NCBI GenBank assembly: GCA_963803435.1
Contig: CAWDML010000003.1
Location: 704,001-768,000, forward strand
Source: an uncultured delta proteobacterium
GTDB lineage: Bacteria > Myxococcota > Kuafuiibacteriia > Kuafuiibacteriales > Kuafuiibacteriaceae
Reading direction: 5' to 3'
Length of the DNA: 64,000 bases
In this document: one piece after another, positions 19,494-28,490 of the stretch
How the letters are laid out: each line of letters begins with the position of its first letter
Numbering within the stretch: the first letter of the stretch is position 1
Translations under genes and position numbers: made by a program
The notes under the pieces: generated by a model
The model's input: the letters and a program-made list of their open reading frames with translations, nothing else
Databases searched by the model: none
Told to the model about the DNA's origin: nothing

Positions 19494-19970
19494 ATGATGA
19501 TCTCTCGGTGGCGCCTGCTAGCGGCGATCCCCCTGGCCCTCGCATTCTCGGCCTGCGACGGCGGCACGACCGACGACGGCAACGCGGACACCGGGGTCAA
19601 CGACTCCGGGACGAACGATCCCTGTCTCGAGGCAAACTTCACGTCGATCTACACGGATCGCCTTCACACCACGAAGTACTGCGCGGCGGCGGGCTGCCAT
19701 GATCCCCAGACCGCGGGCGGCGGCCAGAACTACGCCCTCACGAAGGCCGCGGTGCACGACACGCTGCTGTCCGACACCGTCAACTCGATCGGCGCGCCCG
19801 ACTATCCCAAGCGCGTCACGCCGGGAGATCCGGACATGAGCTTCCTCTGGATCAAGCTGACCCGCGACGACGCGCCGCTCGGACGCATGCCGCTCGCCAA
19901 GACACCGCTCCAGCAGTGCGACCTCGACGCGATCAACACGTGGATCACGAATGGGGCGATGGACGACTGA
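19494..19970 (+). CDS. Lipoprotein with cytochrome c-like domain (planctomycete cytochrome c-like)
   Basis: Lipobox FSAC; CAAAGCH; VTPGDPDMSFLWIKL, RMP, INTWITNGA. Confidence 0.65.
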   Translation: MMISRWRLLAAIPLALAFSACDGGTTDDGNADTGVNDSGTNDPCLEANFTSIYTDRLHTTKYCAAAGCHDPQTAGGGQNYALTKAAVHDTLLSDTVNSIGAPDYPKRVTPGDPDMSFLWIKLTRDDAPLGRMPLAKTPLQQCDLDAINTWITNGAMDD

Positions 19971-21234
19971 CCGGGCGATCACTCCCGACCAACCCGCGCA
20001 AGAGGAGCACGCCGGCCAGCGTGGTCGAGGCGGCCAGGATGCAGACCGCGAGGAAGGGCTGCTCCGCATGGGCCCAGAGGACACCGCCCAGGGCGGCGCC
20101 CAGCCCCGATCCGCCCTGGTTGAACCCGTTGCGGATCGCCGAGAGCGCTCCGCGCTGCTCCGGCTCGCAGATCTCGAGCGCCAGCGTCTGAAACGGCGCC
20201 GATCGCGATGAGCCCGCCACCATGGTGACGAAGAAGAGGAAGAGGCTGGGGGCAGCGACCGGCCACATCACGCGGCCGAAGTGCGCCAGCTCGAGGCCGG
20301 ACTCGACCAGGCGAGCGTTGACCGCACCGGCGGCGATCGCGGAGAAGGGCATCGCGATCTGCATCAGCGCCATCAGCATGCTGCCGCTGACGATCAGCAG
20401 GACCCGCCCGAAGCGGTTGGAGAGCTTGCCGGCGATCGGTCCACCGAGGAGGATCGCGGGACCACCGACGGCGTAGACCAATCCGCGCGCGCGGGTGTCG
20501 AGGCCGTAGGTCTGCTCCAACCAGGGGCTGGAGTAGACGCTGAACATGGTCATGCTCATCCCGATGCTGGCCGACATCATGAGGACGCCGACCACGCGTC
20601 GATCACGGAGGAGCGAGCCGTAGGCCCGGGCCGCCGCGCCCAGGGAGATGCGATCGGTCCGGCGTTCGGCGCGCGGTCGCGGGAGCAGCGTGAGCAGGCC
20701 GACCCAGACCAGGGCGGCGAAGCCGGAGAAGACGCGGAACATGGTGCTCCACCCGAAGCTTCCGGCGAGGGCGGAACCGATCGGGATGGCGAGGATCAGC
20801 GAGAGAAAGAAGCCGCTCATCACCCAGCCCATCACCACGGCCCGCGTCTGCCCCTCGAAGTGGTCGCCGACGTAGCTGGTGGTGGAGGTGACGAGGAGGC
20901 CGGCGCCCATCCCGGCCAGCCCGCGGGCCACGAGCATCGACGTGAAGCCGTCGGCGGAGGCGCACGCCAGCGTCGAGAGCGTGAGGATGGCGATGCCGGC
21001 GAGCAGGATCGGACGGCGACCGAGGCGATCCGAGATGGGGCCGAAGATGAGGGCGAACGTCGCGGTCGTGATCGAGTAGATCGCGATCCACCAGCTGCCG
21101 CGCTGCACGCCCACGCCGAGCTCGCGCACGAGCTGCGGGAGGATCGGGGTCATGATCAGGAGATCGGCGCCTGAGGTGAACATCACAGCGCAGAGGAGGA
21201 CGACTGTGATCCGATCCCTCAGCGCCGCGACCAC
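19945..21234 (-). CDS. MFS transporter (DHA1-like); start approximate
   Basis: GPISDRLGRR motif A, GKLSNRFGR, about 12 hydrophobic segments. Confidence 0.88.
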   Translation of the reverse strand: MVAALRDRITVVLLCAVMFTSGADLLIMTPILPQLVRELGVGVQRGSWWIAIYSITTATFALIFGPISDRLGRRPILLAGIAILTLSTLACASADGFTSMLVARGLAGMGAGLLVTSTTSYVGDHFEGQTRAVVMGWVMSGFFLSLILAIPIGSALAGSFGWSTMFRVFSGFAALVWVGLLTLLPRPRAERRTDRISLGAAARAYGSLLRDRRVVGVLMMSASIGMSMTMFSVYSSPWLEQTYGLDTRARGLVYAVGGPAILLGGPIAGKLSNRFGRVLLIVSGSMLMALMQIAMPFSAIAAGAVNARLVESGLELAHFGRVMWPVAAPSLFLFFVTMVAGSSRSAPFQTLALEICEPEQRGALSAIRNGFNQGGSGLGAALGGVLWAHAEQPFLAVCILAASTTLAGVLLLRGLVGSDRPVSRPSPHS

Positions 21235-21339
21235 GAGTGTGATCCAAGCAAAGATCGACGCCCGCCGTCGAGGCACAAGCGTGGTCGAGGATGGTTTGAG
21301 GCTCGCCGGAGTGCTAGCGTCCTCCGCTTCGCGCCGCCT

Positions 21340-23301
21340 ATGACACGCCAAGCCGACTTCTCCCAACGTCTCCGCTATCGGGTGGACAACTTCCTCGCTC
21401 GGGGAAGCGGTGCGCTCTTCATCGCCCTGGTGATCGCGTTCCTCGCGTCGATGGCGCTCCTGGTCCTCTTGCGGTGGATCCTTCACCTGATGGCGGCGGA
21501 CGAGGGCACCTCCCTCTTCGCGCACGTGTGGACGGTGTTTCTCGAGCTCACCGACCCGGGAAACATGGGTCAGGACACCGACACACCGGCGATCTTCAAA
21601 GCGGCGGCGATCGTATCGGGCTTCACCGGCGTCGTGATCTTTTCGGCGCTGATCGCGTTTCTGGGCGCGGCCCTCGAGTCTTTGATTGAGGGTTTGAAGC
21701 GGGGCGACACCGCAGTGCTGGAGTCGGAGCACACGCTGATCCTCGGGTGGGGTGCGCGGGTGGTGGAGATCCTGCGCGAGCTCGTGATCGCCAACGAGAG
21801 CGAGGCCCACCCCTGCGTGGTGATCCTTTCCGAGCAGAGCAAGGAGGACATGGATCAGTACCTCCGCGACCACCTCGCCGAGCGAAAGAACACCCGGATC
21901 GTGACGCGGTCGGGCGCCACGGCCTCGCTGTTGATGCTGGAGAAGGTGAGCGCACAGACGGCGAAGAGCGCGATCGTGCTGGCGCACGAGGACACCACCT
22001 CCGACGAGGCCAAGGGGACGAGCGACGCCAAGGTGATCAAGACGGTCCTGGCGCTGATGACGCACGTTCCCGCGAGCCACGACCTCAAGATCGTCGCGGA
22101 GGTCTACGACGAGCGGAATCGCAACGTGGTGAAGGACATCGATCCGGAGCGCATCTTCGTCATCGACGCGCAAGAGATCCTGGCGAAGATCATGGTGCAG
22201 ACCTCGCGGACCACCGGGCTGGCGGTCGTGTACTCGGAGCTCCTCGGCTTCGCCGGCTGCGAGATGTACTTCCATCCCAACCCGAAGTGGGCGGGACTGA
22301 CGTTCTCGGCCGTGCAGTTCCATTTTCCGGACGGCGTCCCGATCGGGGTCCGCCACGCGGACGGCCGGATGGAGATCCGACCCTCGCCGACCTACCAGCT
22401 CCAAGCCGACGACGAGATCCTGATCATCGCGGAGGACGATTCGACCATCCACTTCAAGAACCAGCCCGTGATCGCGCCGAACGATCTGCCGCTGAAGAAC
22501 GCGCGGATCGCACCTCGGTCCGAGCGCCAGCTGGTCCTCGGCTGGAGCCCGAAGGCGCCCATCATTCTCGGCGAGTACGCGGACTACGTCCTCACCGGGT
22601 CGATCATCGACGTGATGGTCAAGAACCCGCCGCCCTCGGTCCTCGAGGAGATCGAGCGCCTCAACGGGGAGCTGGAGACGCTGCAGATCGCGCACATCGA
22701 CGATGATCCGCTCTCGGTCGAGGCGCTCGAGCGCATCAAGCCCTTCGGCTACAACAACGTGATCATCCTTCCCCAGCGACTCGACGATCAGGTCGATCCG
22801 GATCGGATCGACTCCGAGACGCTCATCGTACTGCTCCACCTGCGAAAGCTGCAGGCCAAGCTGCGTGCCCAGGGGTACAGTCGGTTCGGTACCAAGATCA
22901 TCACGGAGGTGCTCGACTCCAACAACCAGGAGCTGATCACGCGCGCGGGCGTGGACGACTTCATCATCAGCAATCGGATGGTCTCGATGTTTCTGGCGCA
23001 AATCAGCGAGCAGCCGGGGATCCAGGCCGTCTACGACGATCTCTTCCAGGAGGAGGGCTCCGAGATCTATCTCAAGCCCGCGTGGCTGTACCTCGAACAG
23101 CTGCCGGTCACGGTGCGCTTCGCGGATCTGATGGCGTTGGCGCAAAAGCGCGAGGGCGAGGTCTGTATCGGGTACAAGCTCAAGGCGCTGGAGCAGGTCT
23201 CTTCGAAGAACTTCGGCGTGAAGCTCAACCCCGCCAAGGATCAGCAGATCACGATCGGCGCCGAGGACGCGCTGGTGGTCGTCGCCGAGGACGATCGTTG
23301 A
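21340..23301 (+). CDS. CASTOR/POLLUX (DMI1)-like ion channel with tandem RCK domains
   Basis: LRYRVDNFLARG, filter-like TDPGN, HTLILGW, VYSELLGFAGCEMYF, EGSEIYLKP, GVKLNP. Confidence 0.85.
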   Translation: MTRQADFSQRLRYRVDNFLARGSGALFIALVIAFLASMALLVLLRWILHLMAADEGTSLFAHVWTVFLELTDPGNMGQDTDTPAIFKAAAIVSGFTGVVIFSALIAFLGAALESLIEGLKRGDTAVLESEHTLILGWGARVVEILRELVIANESEAHPCVVILSEQSKEDMDQYLRDHLAERKNTRIVTRSGATASLLMLEKVSAQTAKSAIVLAHEDTTSDEAKGTSDAKVIKTVLALMTHVPASHDLKIVAEVYDERNRNVVKDIDPERIFVIDAQEILAKIMVQTSRTTGLAVVYSELLGFAGCEMYFHPNPKWAGLTFSAVQFHFPDGVPIGVRHADGRMEIRPSPTYQLQADDEILIIAEDDSTIHFKNQPVIAPNDLPLKNARIAPRSERQLVLGWSPKAPIILGEYADYVLTGSIIDVMVKNPPPSVLEEIERLNGELETLQIAHIDDDPLSVEALERIKPFGYNNVIILPQRLDDQVDPDRIDSETLIVLLHLRKLQAKLRAQGYSRFGTKIITEVLDSNNQELITRAGVDDFIISNRMVSMFLAQISEQPGIQAVYDDLFQEEGSEIYLKPAWLYLEQLPVTVRFADLMALAQKREGEVCIGYKLKALEQVSSKNFGVKLNPAKDQQITIGAEDALVVVAEDDR

Positions 23302-23825
23302 GCGCGGTCGCTAAGAGCCGGTCCAGAAACCGTTCCGTTCGCAGTTTGCTGTTTCGGTGCCCTGATAGTAATCGAGCAGTCAGGTAGCCAGATCCCCTGC
23401 GTGGCGCCGCGAGGTGCCCAGCAGAAGCGGGATCAGAACGGTCACGGGCGGCAATCCGTGGCTGCGAAGTGGCGGGCCGCAGCGCGAAGCGAACCCAGCC
23501 GTAGCCTGGTAAGGATATGGAGAGGCCGAGCCCCTCGGAACAGGGCGAAGGCAGGACGGACGTGAACAGCGGCTCGATGCGCGAAGCGTTCCGCTCTCCC
23601 GGGGTAACAGGGGCAGCACGCCACGAAAGGAAGACGTTGAACGCGGGAGACCTCGACCGGCGCGGATGGCCACCCCAGCGCACGCACAAGGCCGCAAGCC
23701 GAGGTCGCGCGGGCCGGCGAGGAGTCGGACGAGTCCGTAGTACCTGAGAAGGCAGTGAAAACCGCTGGAGGGAAGGGGCTCTACTTGTCGATGCCACCCA
23801 TTGCCGCGAAGGACGGGGGATTGCG

Positions 23826-25875
23826 ATGACGCTAGAAACTCCTTCGAAGATCCGGGAGCTGCAAAGGGCGCTGTACCGACGGGCCAAGAAGGAGCCGAAG
23901 TTCCGCTTCTACGCGCTCTACGACAAGGTCTACCGTCCGGACATCCTGGCGCATGCCTACGCGTTGGCAAGAGCCAACCGAGGCGCGCCCGGGCCCGACG
24001 GCGAGACCTTCGAGGAGATCGAACAGAGCGGAAAGACGGCGCTGCTGGATGAGCTGCACAATGCGCTGAAGAACAAGACGTATCGCCCGGGACCAGTCCG
24101 CCGAGTGAACATCCCAAAACCTGACGGCGGTGAGAGGCCGTTGGGCATCCCGAATATTCGAGATCGCATCGTCCAGGGAGCAGCCAAGCTGATCCTGGAG
24201 CCGATCTTCGAAGCGGATTACGACGACGCGTCGTTCGGATTCCGTCCACGAAGAGGTGCGCACCAAGCGCTCGATGCGATCGGCGAAGCCTTCGACGAAG
24301 GGATGTGTTGGGTGATCGACGCCGACATCACGGCCTACTTCGACACGATCCCTCACGACCACCTGATGAAGGCTGTCGCGGAGCGCGTCGTCGACGGTCC
24401 AATGCTGGCGCTGATCAAGATGTTCCTCGAAGCACCCATCGTAGCGAGCGATGACTCGCGCCCACGGCGGAACCGCAAGGGGACGCCGCAGGGAGGTGTG
24501 ATATCGCCGCTCCTTGCGAACCTCTACCTGCACCTGCTGGACCGTAACTTCAGGAAGTACGTAGCGGTGGATGCGCTCGACGGACGGCTGGTCCGCTATG
24601 CCGACGATTGTGCGCCACGACGGCGCGGAAGGGAGGCCGAGATGGCCAACTGAACGCAGCCTTGCTGCACGAGTGATGAGGGAGGGCCCCTCGAAGCCGG
24701 CAGACAGGCGCAGGCTTCAAACCACCTCGAGCTGCTCTGGTCAAAAGCCAGGGTGGTGAGCGTCGAAGGAAAAGGCGCGGCGAGACCGCGTCAGGTGACG
24801 ATCGGAAAGACGAACGCGAGTGAACCACTGATGACGCGTCGAAAGCGTAGGAACGACGTCGAAACCAGGTTGAAGTCGTTGGCCTGGGATGAGCGCGGAC
24901 GGTGTCTTGTCTACGGGCCGCGCGGCGTCCGGCGTGAAGGTGGCGTGAGTCCGATCGAGGCTCTCGTGCGGAACGTGGGAACCTTCGGCCTCGATGCAAA
25001 GGAAGAAGTCCAAGTGGAGGACCCACGAGGATGAGAGTACCGAAGCGAGGTCAAGGGACGGAGCGATCCGTACTAGGGATGAGCTCCGCGAAAGCGGAGG
25101 GACCGAAGGGGTCGCGTCATTCAGCTTCGATTGGCGGTCAACCGAAGATCGGGAGGAACCGCGCGAAGGAAGCAAAGCCGTATGAGGTTGAGGCACCATC
25201 ACCGGCGAGCCGAGTACTGGATCGGACGCATTGCGCGCCGTGATCCGAAGCTCTTCGCTCACTGGGATCTGCTGGGAATTCGACCTGCGGCTGGATGAGG
25301 GGAGCCGTATGAGCTGAGAGGTTCACGTACGGTTCTGCGAGCGCCCGGGGGTGAGACTCCCCCGGGCGACTCACCTCGTCGTGCTCACACGACGCCGACC
25401 GGATCGCGAATTGTCCTGGATCAAGACCCTGTTGGGCCGCTTGGGGCTATCGCTTCATCCGGAGAAAACTCGCGTGACGCACGCGTCGGACGGCTTTGCT
25501 TTCCTCGGACACGAGGTCCGATGGCGGAACGGACGAATGCGGTTGGATATGTCGCGGAAGGCGCGCGACCGCGTACACGACCAACTCCGCCGGCGGACAA
25601 GGTGGACCTCGTTGAGCCTCGAAGAAGAAATCGGGCAACTCAACAGCTACATCCGCGGAGCAAGGGGATACTTCGGACGGATCCGGCAACGGACGAAAGC
25701 CAAGCTGGATCATTACATAGCGCAGCGTATTGCGCGGTGGTGGGCGCGGAAGCACAACGCGCCCCGGCCTGCATGGTCGCTCGTGCAAGAGGACGCCCTC
25801 TGGCGCAAGCATGGGCTTGAACGCTGGTGGTCGCCTCGGGCTTTCAAGTCAGCAACTCCAAGGTCTGTGCGGTGA
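23826..25875 (+). CDS. ltrA: Group II intron RT/maturase, split: exons 23826-24609 and 25376-25875 (427 aa spliced), no endonuclease domain
   Basis: [44 protein letters not shown]|FVV, FAFLG. Exon lengths 784+500 nt give an intact frame. Confidence 0.9.
24610..25375 (+). mobile_element. ORF-less group II intron (inner, class D-like) inserted just after the YADD codons of the outer RT
   Basis: 5' GTGCG. Domain V GAGCCGTATGAGCTGAGAGGTTCACGTACGGTTC at 25302-25335. Domain VI ends GACTCACC with A at -7. EBS1/EBS2 complementary to the 5' exon. Confidence 0.9.
25172..25298 (+). pseudogene. Remnant of the inner intron's deleted intron-encoded protein
   Basis: N-terminal AKPYEV joined out of frame to C-terminal [20 protein letters not shown], resembling the ends of class D (RmInt1-type) proteins. 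Confidence 0.65.
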
Positions 25876-26002
25876 AAGACAAGGGAAGCCGTATGCAGGA
25901 AACCTGCACGTACGGTTTGAGGAGGGGCTGCTGGCCCGTGCGTCTGGTACGGCGGGCTGGGGTCTACTCGACTCGTTCTGTCATTCGCTGTTCGATCCGG
26001 CG

Positions 26003-26340
26003 ATGAAGGGCGATGACATCGCAGAACGACTGCTCAAGTTTGCGAAGCGTGTACTTCTGCTTTGCCGCGAGTTCCCAAACGACTTTGCCGGCAAGCACGT
26101 TGTCCGACAGCTGATCCGGTGTTCATCCGGAGGTGGTGCGAATGACGAGGAAGCGCGTGGCGGCGAGAGCCTTGCCGACTTCATCCACAAGATGGCGGTC
26201 GCTCGCAAGGATGGTTGCGTCTTGCCGATCCGGAGCTGATGCAGGGAGCGGAGATCGCTTCGCTGATCCGAGAGGCCAACGAACTCTCTGCGATTCTGAC
26301 GAGCTCCATCAAGACGGCGAAGGCTCGATCAGGGAAGTCA
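26003..26340 (+). pseudogene. Four-helix-bundle protein (23S rRNA IVP/Avd-like), frameshifted near 26210; 3' end approximate
   Basis: RLLKFAKRV...RQLIRCSSGGGAN.EEA..GES.ADFIHK..VARK, then in another frame WLRL...LIREANELSAILTSSIKTAK. Confidence 0.8.
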
Positions 26341-26490
26341 TCGAGCCTGCTGGAACGCGATGATCGCGCACGCAAGATGAACCAGCCCGAGATACCGCGA
26401 TCCCGTTCGTTCCCACCGCACGAGTCATGCGCGGAACTGGTTGTGCCAAGCGTTCGTGCGCTCGACAACCCAGCGCCGCGGCCTACCGCG
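26338..26490 (-). pseudogene. IS5-family transposase C-terminal relic
   Basis: Translates RGRPRRWVVERTNAWHNQFRA*LVRWERTGSRYLGLVHLACAIIAFQQAR*, with an internal stop at 26425-26427. Confidence 0.8.
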
Positions 26491-26719
26491 GACACAGCCA
26501 GCTCCACAGGGCGTCCGGAAGACTTGCGAATCTTGCCTGCATCGACTCTGCAGAACGGCCGCTTTGAATAGCGAATGAGCAGAACGAGCGAAACAGGAAA
26601 CGCGGAACGGTCCGGAGGTTTTCGGACCGGCTCTACGCTAAGGGAGACCCCTTTCGCCGTTCGTGGGTCGAGATCCCACTGATCTAAGGTCGAGATATAC
26701 TCCGGGCCGCGCGAAGAAG

Positions 26720-28417
26720 ATGTGGGCCATCGACCTCGGAACCACCAATACCGGCGTGGCACGATGGAACGAGACAGAGGGCCGACCTCGTCTCGTCGAG
26801 TTGCCCGAGATCTGCCGCAGACCCGGCGGTGAAGATCACCTGGAGGCACCGCTCCTTGTCCCCTCCGTGACGCAGGCGTTCGAGGATCTTGATTTCTGGT
26901 CGAGGATCGGGCGCTGGGGTCCGGTGGCGCGCCGCTTCCTGATCGGGAAGCAGGCGTACATCGGCCGCCCTGCGATGGAGATGAACCAGGGCCAGATCCG
27001 GCCCAGCTACGCCACCTCGTTCAAGCCGTATCTCGGCCGGGCGCCGCTGCGCACGATCGCCCGGAGCGGCAATCGCCCGCTGTCGGCGCGCGACGTGGCG
27101 CGCCTGTACATCCGCGAGCTCCTCTCGGAGGTGAAGCAGAGCACGGGGGAGCGGATCCGCGATCTGGTCGTCACCACGCCGGTCGACTCGTACGAGTCTT
27201 ATCGCGCCGAGATCGCGGAGATCCTCAAGCATCTGGGTGTGCGCCGCGTGCGCTTCATCGACGAGCCGGTGGCGGCGGCCATCGGCTACGGCCTCGGCCT
27301 CAAGCAGAACCGCGTCGCCCTGGTCGTCGACTTCGGTGGCGGCACGCTCGACGTCGCGGTGGTCTCGCTCACCGCCAAGGGGGTCCAGGAGGGCGTCTGC
27401 GAGGTGCTCGGCAAGGAGGGCCGACCAATCGGCGGCAACACGGTCGATCACTGGCTCCTCGAAGATTTCTGCTCCCGCCTCGGCTACACGCTTCCGAAGA
27501 ACGCCGAGGAGGAGAAGAACACGTTCTGGGTCCGGATGATGCTCGCCGAGACCTGCCGCGTGAAAGAGACCGTCTTCTTCCGGGACAACGAGACGTTCCT
27601 CCCCACGCCCCCCGACGAGCTGCACCGCTTCGACGAGCGCATCCGCGGCGAGTCCGCCACCATCAACGTCGCCCGCGACGACGTCATCGAGACCCTCCGC
27701 GCCCACAGCCTCTACGAGATGATCGAAGAGTGCGTCGAGAGCGTCCTCGACCAGGCCAAGGAGCACGGCGTCCGCGAGAGCGACATCGAGGACGTCCTCA
27801 TGGTCGGCGGCTCGACCCTCCTCCCCGGCGTCTATCCCCTCTTCGAGGAGCGCTTCGGCCGCGACGCCGTCCGTGCCTGGCAACCCTTCGAGGCCGTCGC
27901 CTACGGCGCCTGCGTCTTCGCCGCCGACGCCTCGAACCAGAGCGACTTCATCGTCCACGACTACGCGTTCGTCACCCATGACCTCAACACACACGAGCGC
28001 CAGTACACGATCATCATCCCCCACGGCACCCGCTTCCCCACTCCGAGCGACTTCTGGAAGCGCCAGCTGGTCCCCACCTGCTCCCTCGGCGAGCCCGAGA
28101 CCATGTTCAAGCTCGTCATCTGCGAGGTCGGCCGCGACTACGACGGCGAACGCAAGTTCGCCTGGGACGCCGAAGGCAAGCTCCACAAGGTCGGCGGCAT
28201 CGACGACGGCCGCAAGAAGGACCCCCTGGTCGTCCCGCTGAACGAATCCAACCCCACCCTCGGCTACCTCAAGCCCGCTCACCCTCCCAGCGACAAGCGC
28301 CCGCGCCTCGAGATCAGCTTCGGCGTCAACAGCGACCGCTGGCTCTGCGCGTCCGTCTACGACTTGAGGACGAAGAAATACATGATGCGGGAGGAGCCGG
28401 TCGTCCGGCTGCTGTGA
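26720..28417 (+). CDS. Hsp70-family (DnaK-like ATPase) protein, atypical C-terminus
   Basis: AIDLGTTNT, FIDEPVAAA, VVDFGGGTLD, LMVGGST, EAVAYGA. Confidence 0.88.
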   Translation: MWAIDLGTTNTGVARWNETEGRPRLVELPEICRRPGGEDHLEAPLLVPSVTQAFEDLDFWSRIGRWGPVARRFLIGKQAYIGRPAMEMNQGQIRPSYATSFKPYLGRAPLRTIARSGNRPLSARDVARLYIRELLSEVKQSTGERIRDLVVTTPVDSYESYRAEIAEILKHLGVRRVRFIDEPVAAAIGYGLGLKQNRVALVVDFGGGTLDVAVVSLTAKGVQEGVCEVLGKEGRPIGGNTVDHWLLEDFCSRLGYTLPKNAEEEKNTFWVRMMLAETCRVKETVFFRDNETFLPTPPDELHRFDERIRGESATINVARDDVIETLRAHSLYEMIEECVESVLDQAKEHGVRESDIEDVLMVGGSTLLPGVYPLFEERFGRDAVRAWQPFEAVAYGACVFAADASNQSDFIVHDYAFVTHDLNTHERQYTIIIPHGTRFPTPSDFWKRQLVPTCSLGEPETMFKLVICEVGRDYDGERKFAWDAEGKLHKVGGIDDGRKKDPLVVPLNESNPTLGYLKPAHPPSDKRPRLEISFGVNSDRWLCASVYDLRTKKYMMREEPVVRLL

Positions 28418-28490
28418 GCGCCGGCGCACGATCGCCGGCGGAGCGCTCGCCTTCGCTCTGAAAGGAACGGCCGCTTCGAGCGAGCCCTGC

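Larger units (their letters stand above)
23357..25972 (+). mobile_element. Group II intron (outer), RT-encoding
   Basis: 5' GTGCCC. Domain V AAGCCGTATGCAGGAAACCTGCACGTACGGTTT at about 25886-25918. Domain VI ends CTACTCGAC. Removing it restores the repeat arm TGTTTCG|TCGTTCTG. Confidence 0.88.
23314..26634. mobile_element. IS5-derived cassette bounded by long imperfect inverted repeats, hosting nested group II introns
   Basis: Left end AGAGCCGGTCCAGAAACC and right end GGTTTTCGGACCGGCTCT. Arms match over about 65 nt once the intron is removed. Contains an IS5 transposase relic. Confidence 0.7.

Noticed and set aside
23357-23825. Retron msr/msd or other ncRNA upstream of the RT
   Set aside because: Explained as intron domains I-IV; no retron VTG motif; domains V/VI follow the ORF
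23826-26340. Diversity-generating retroelement (RT next to an Avd-like four-helix-bundle gene)
   Set aside because: The RT has group II motifs (GTPQGG, YADD) and sits inside a full intron RNA. I found no TR/VR pair differing at adenines. The adjacency is explained by intron insertion
26003-26340. 23S rRNA intervening sequence
   Set aside because: No rRNA sequence flanks the gene
23314-26634. Integron attC cassette
   Set aside because: No clear RYYYAAC...GTTRRRY boxes and no integrase; the ends and transposase relic point to IS5
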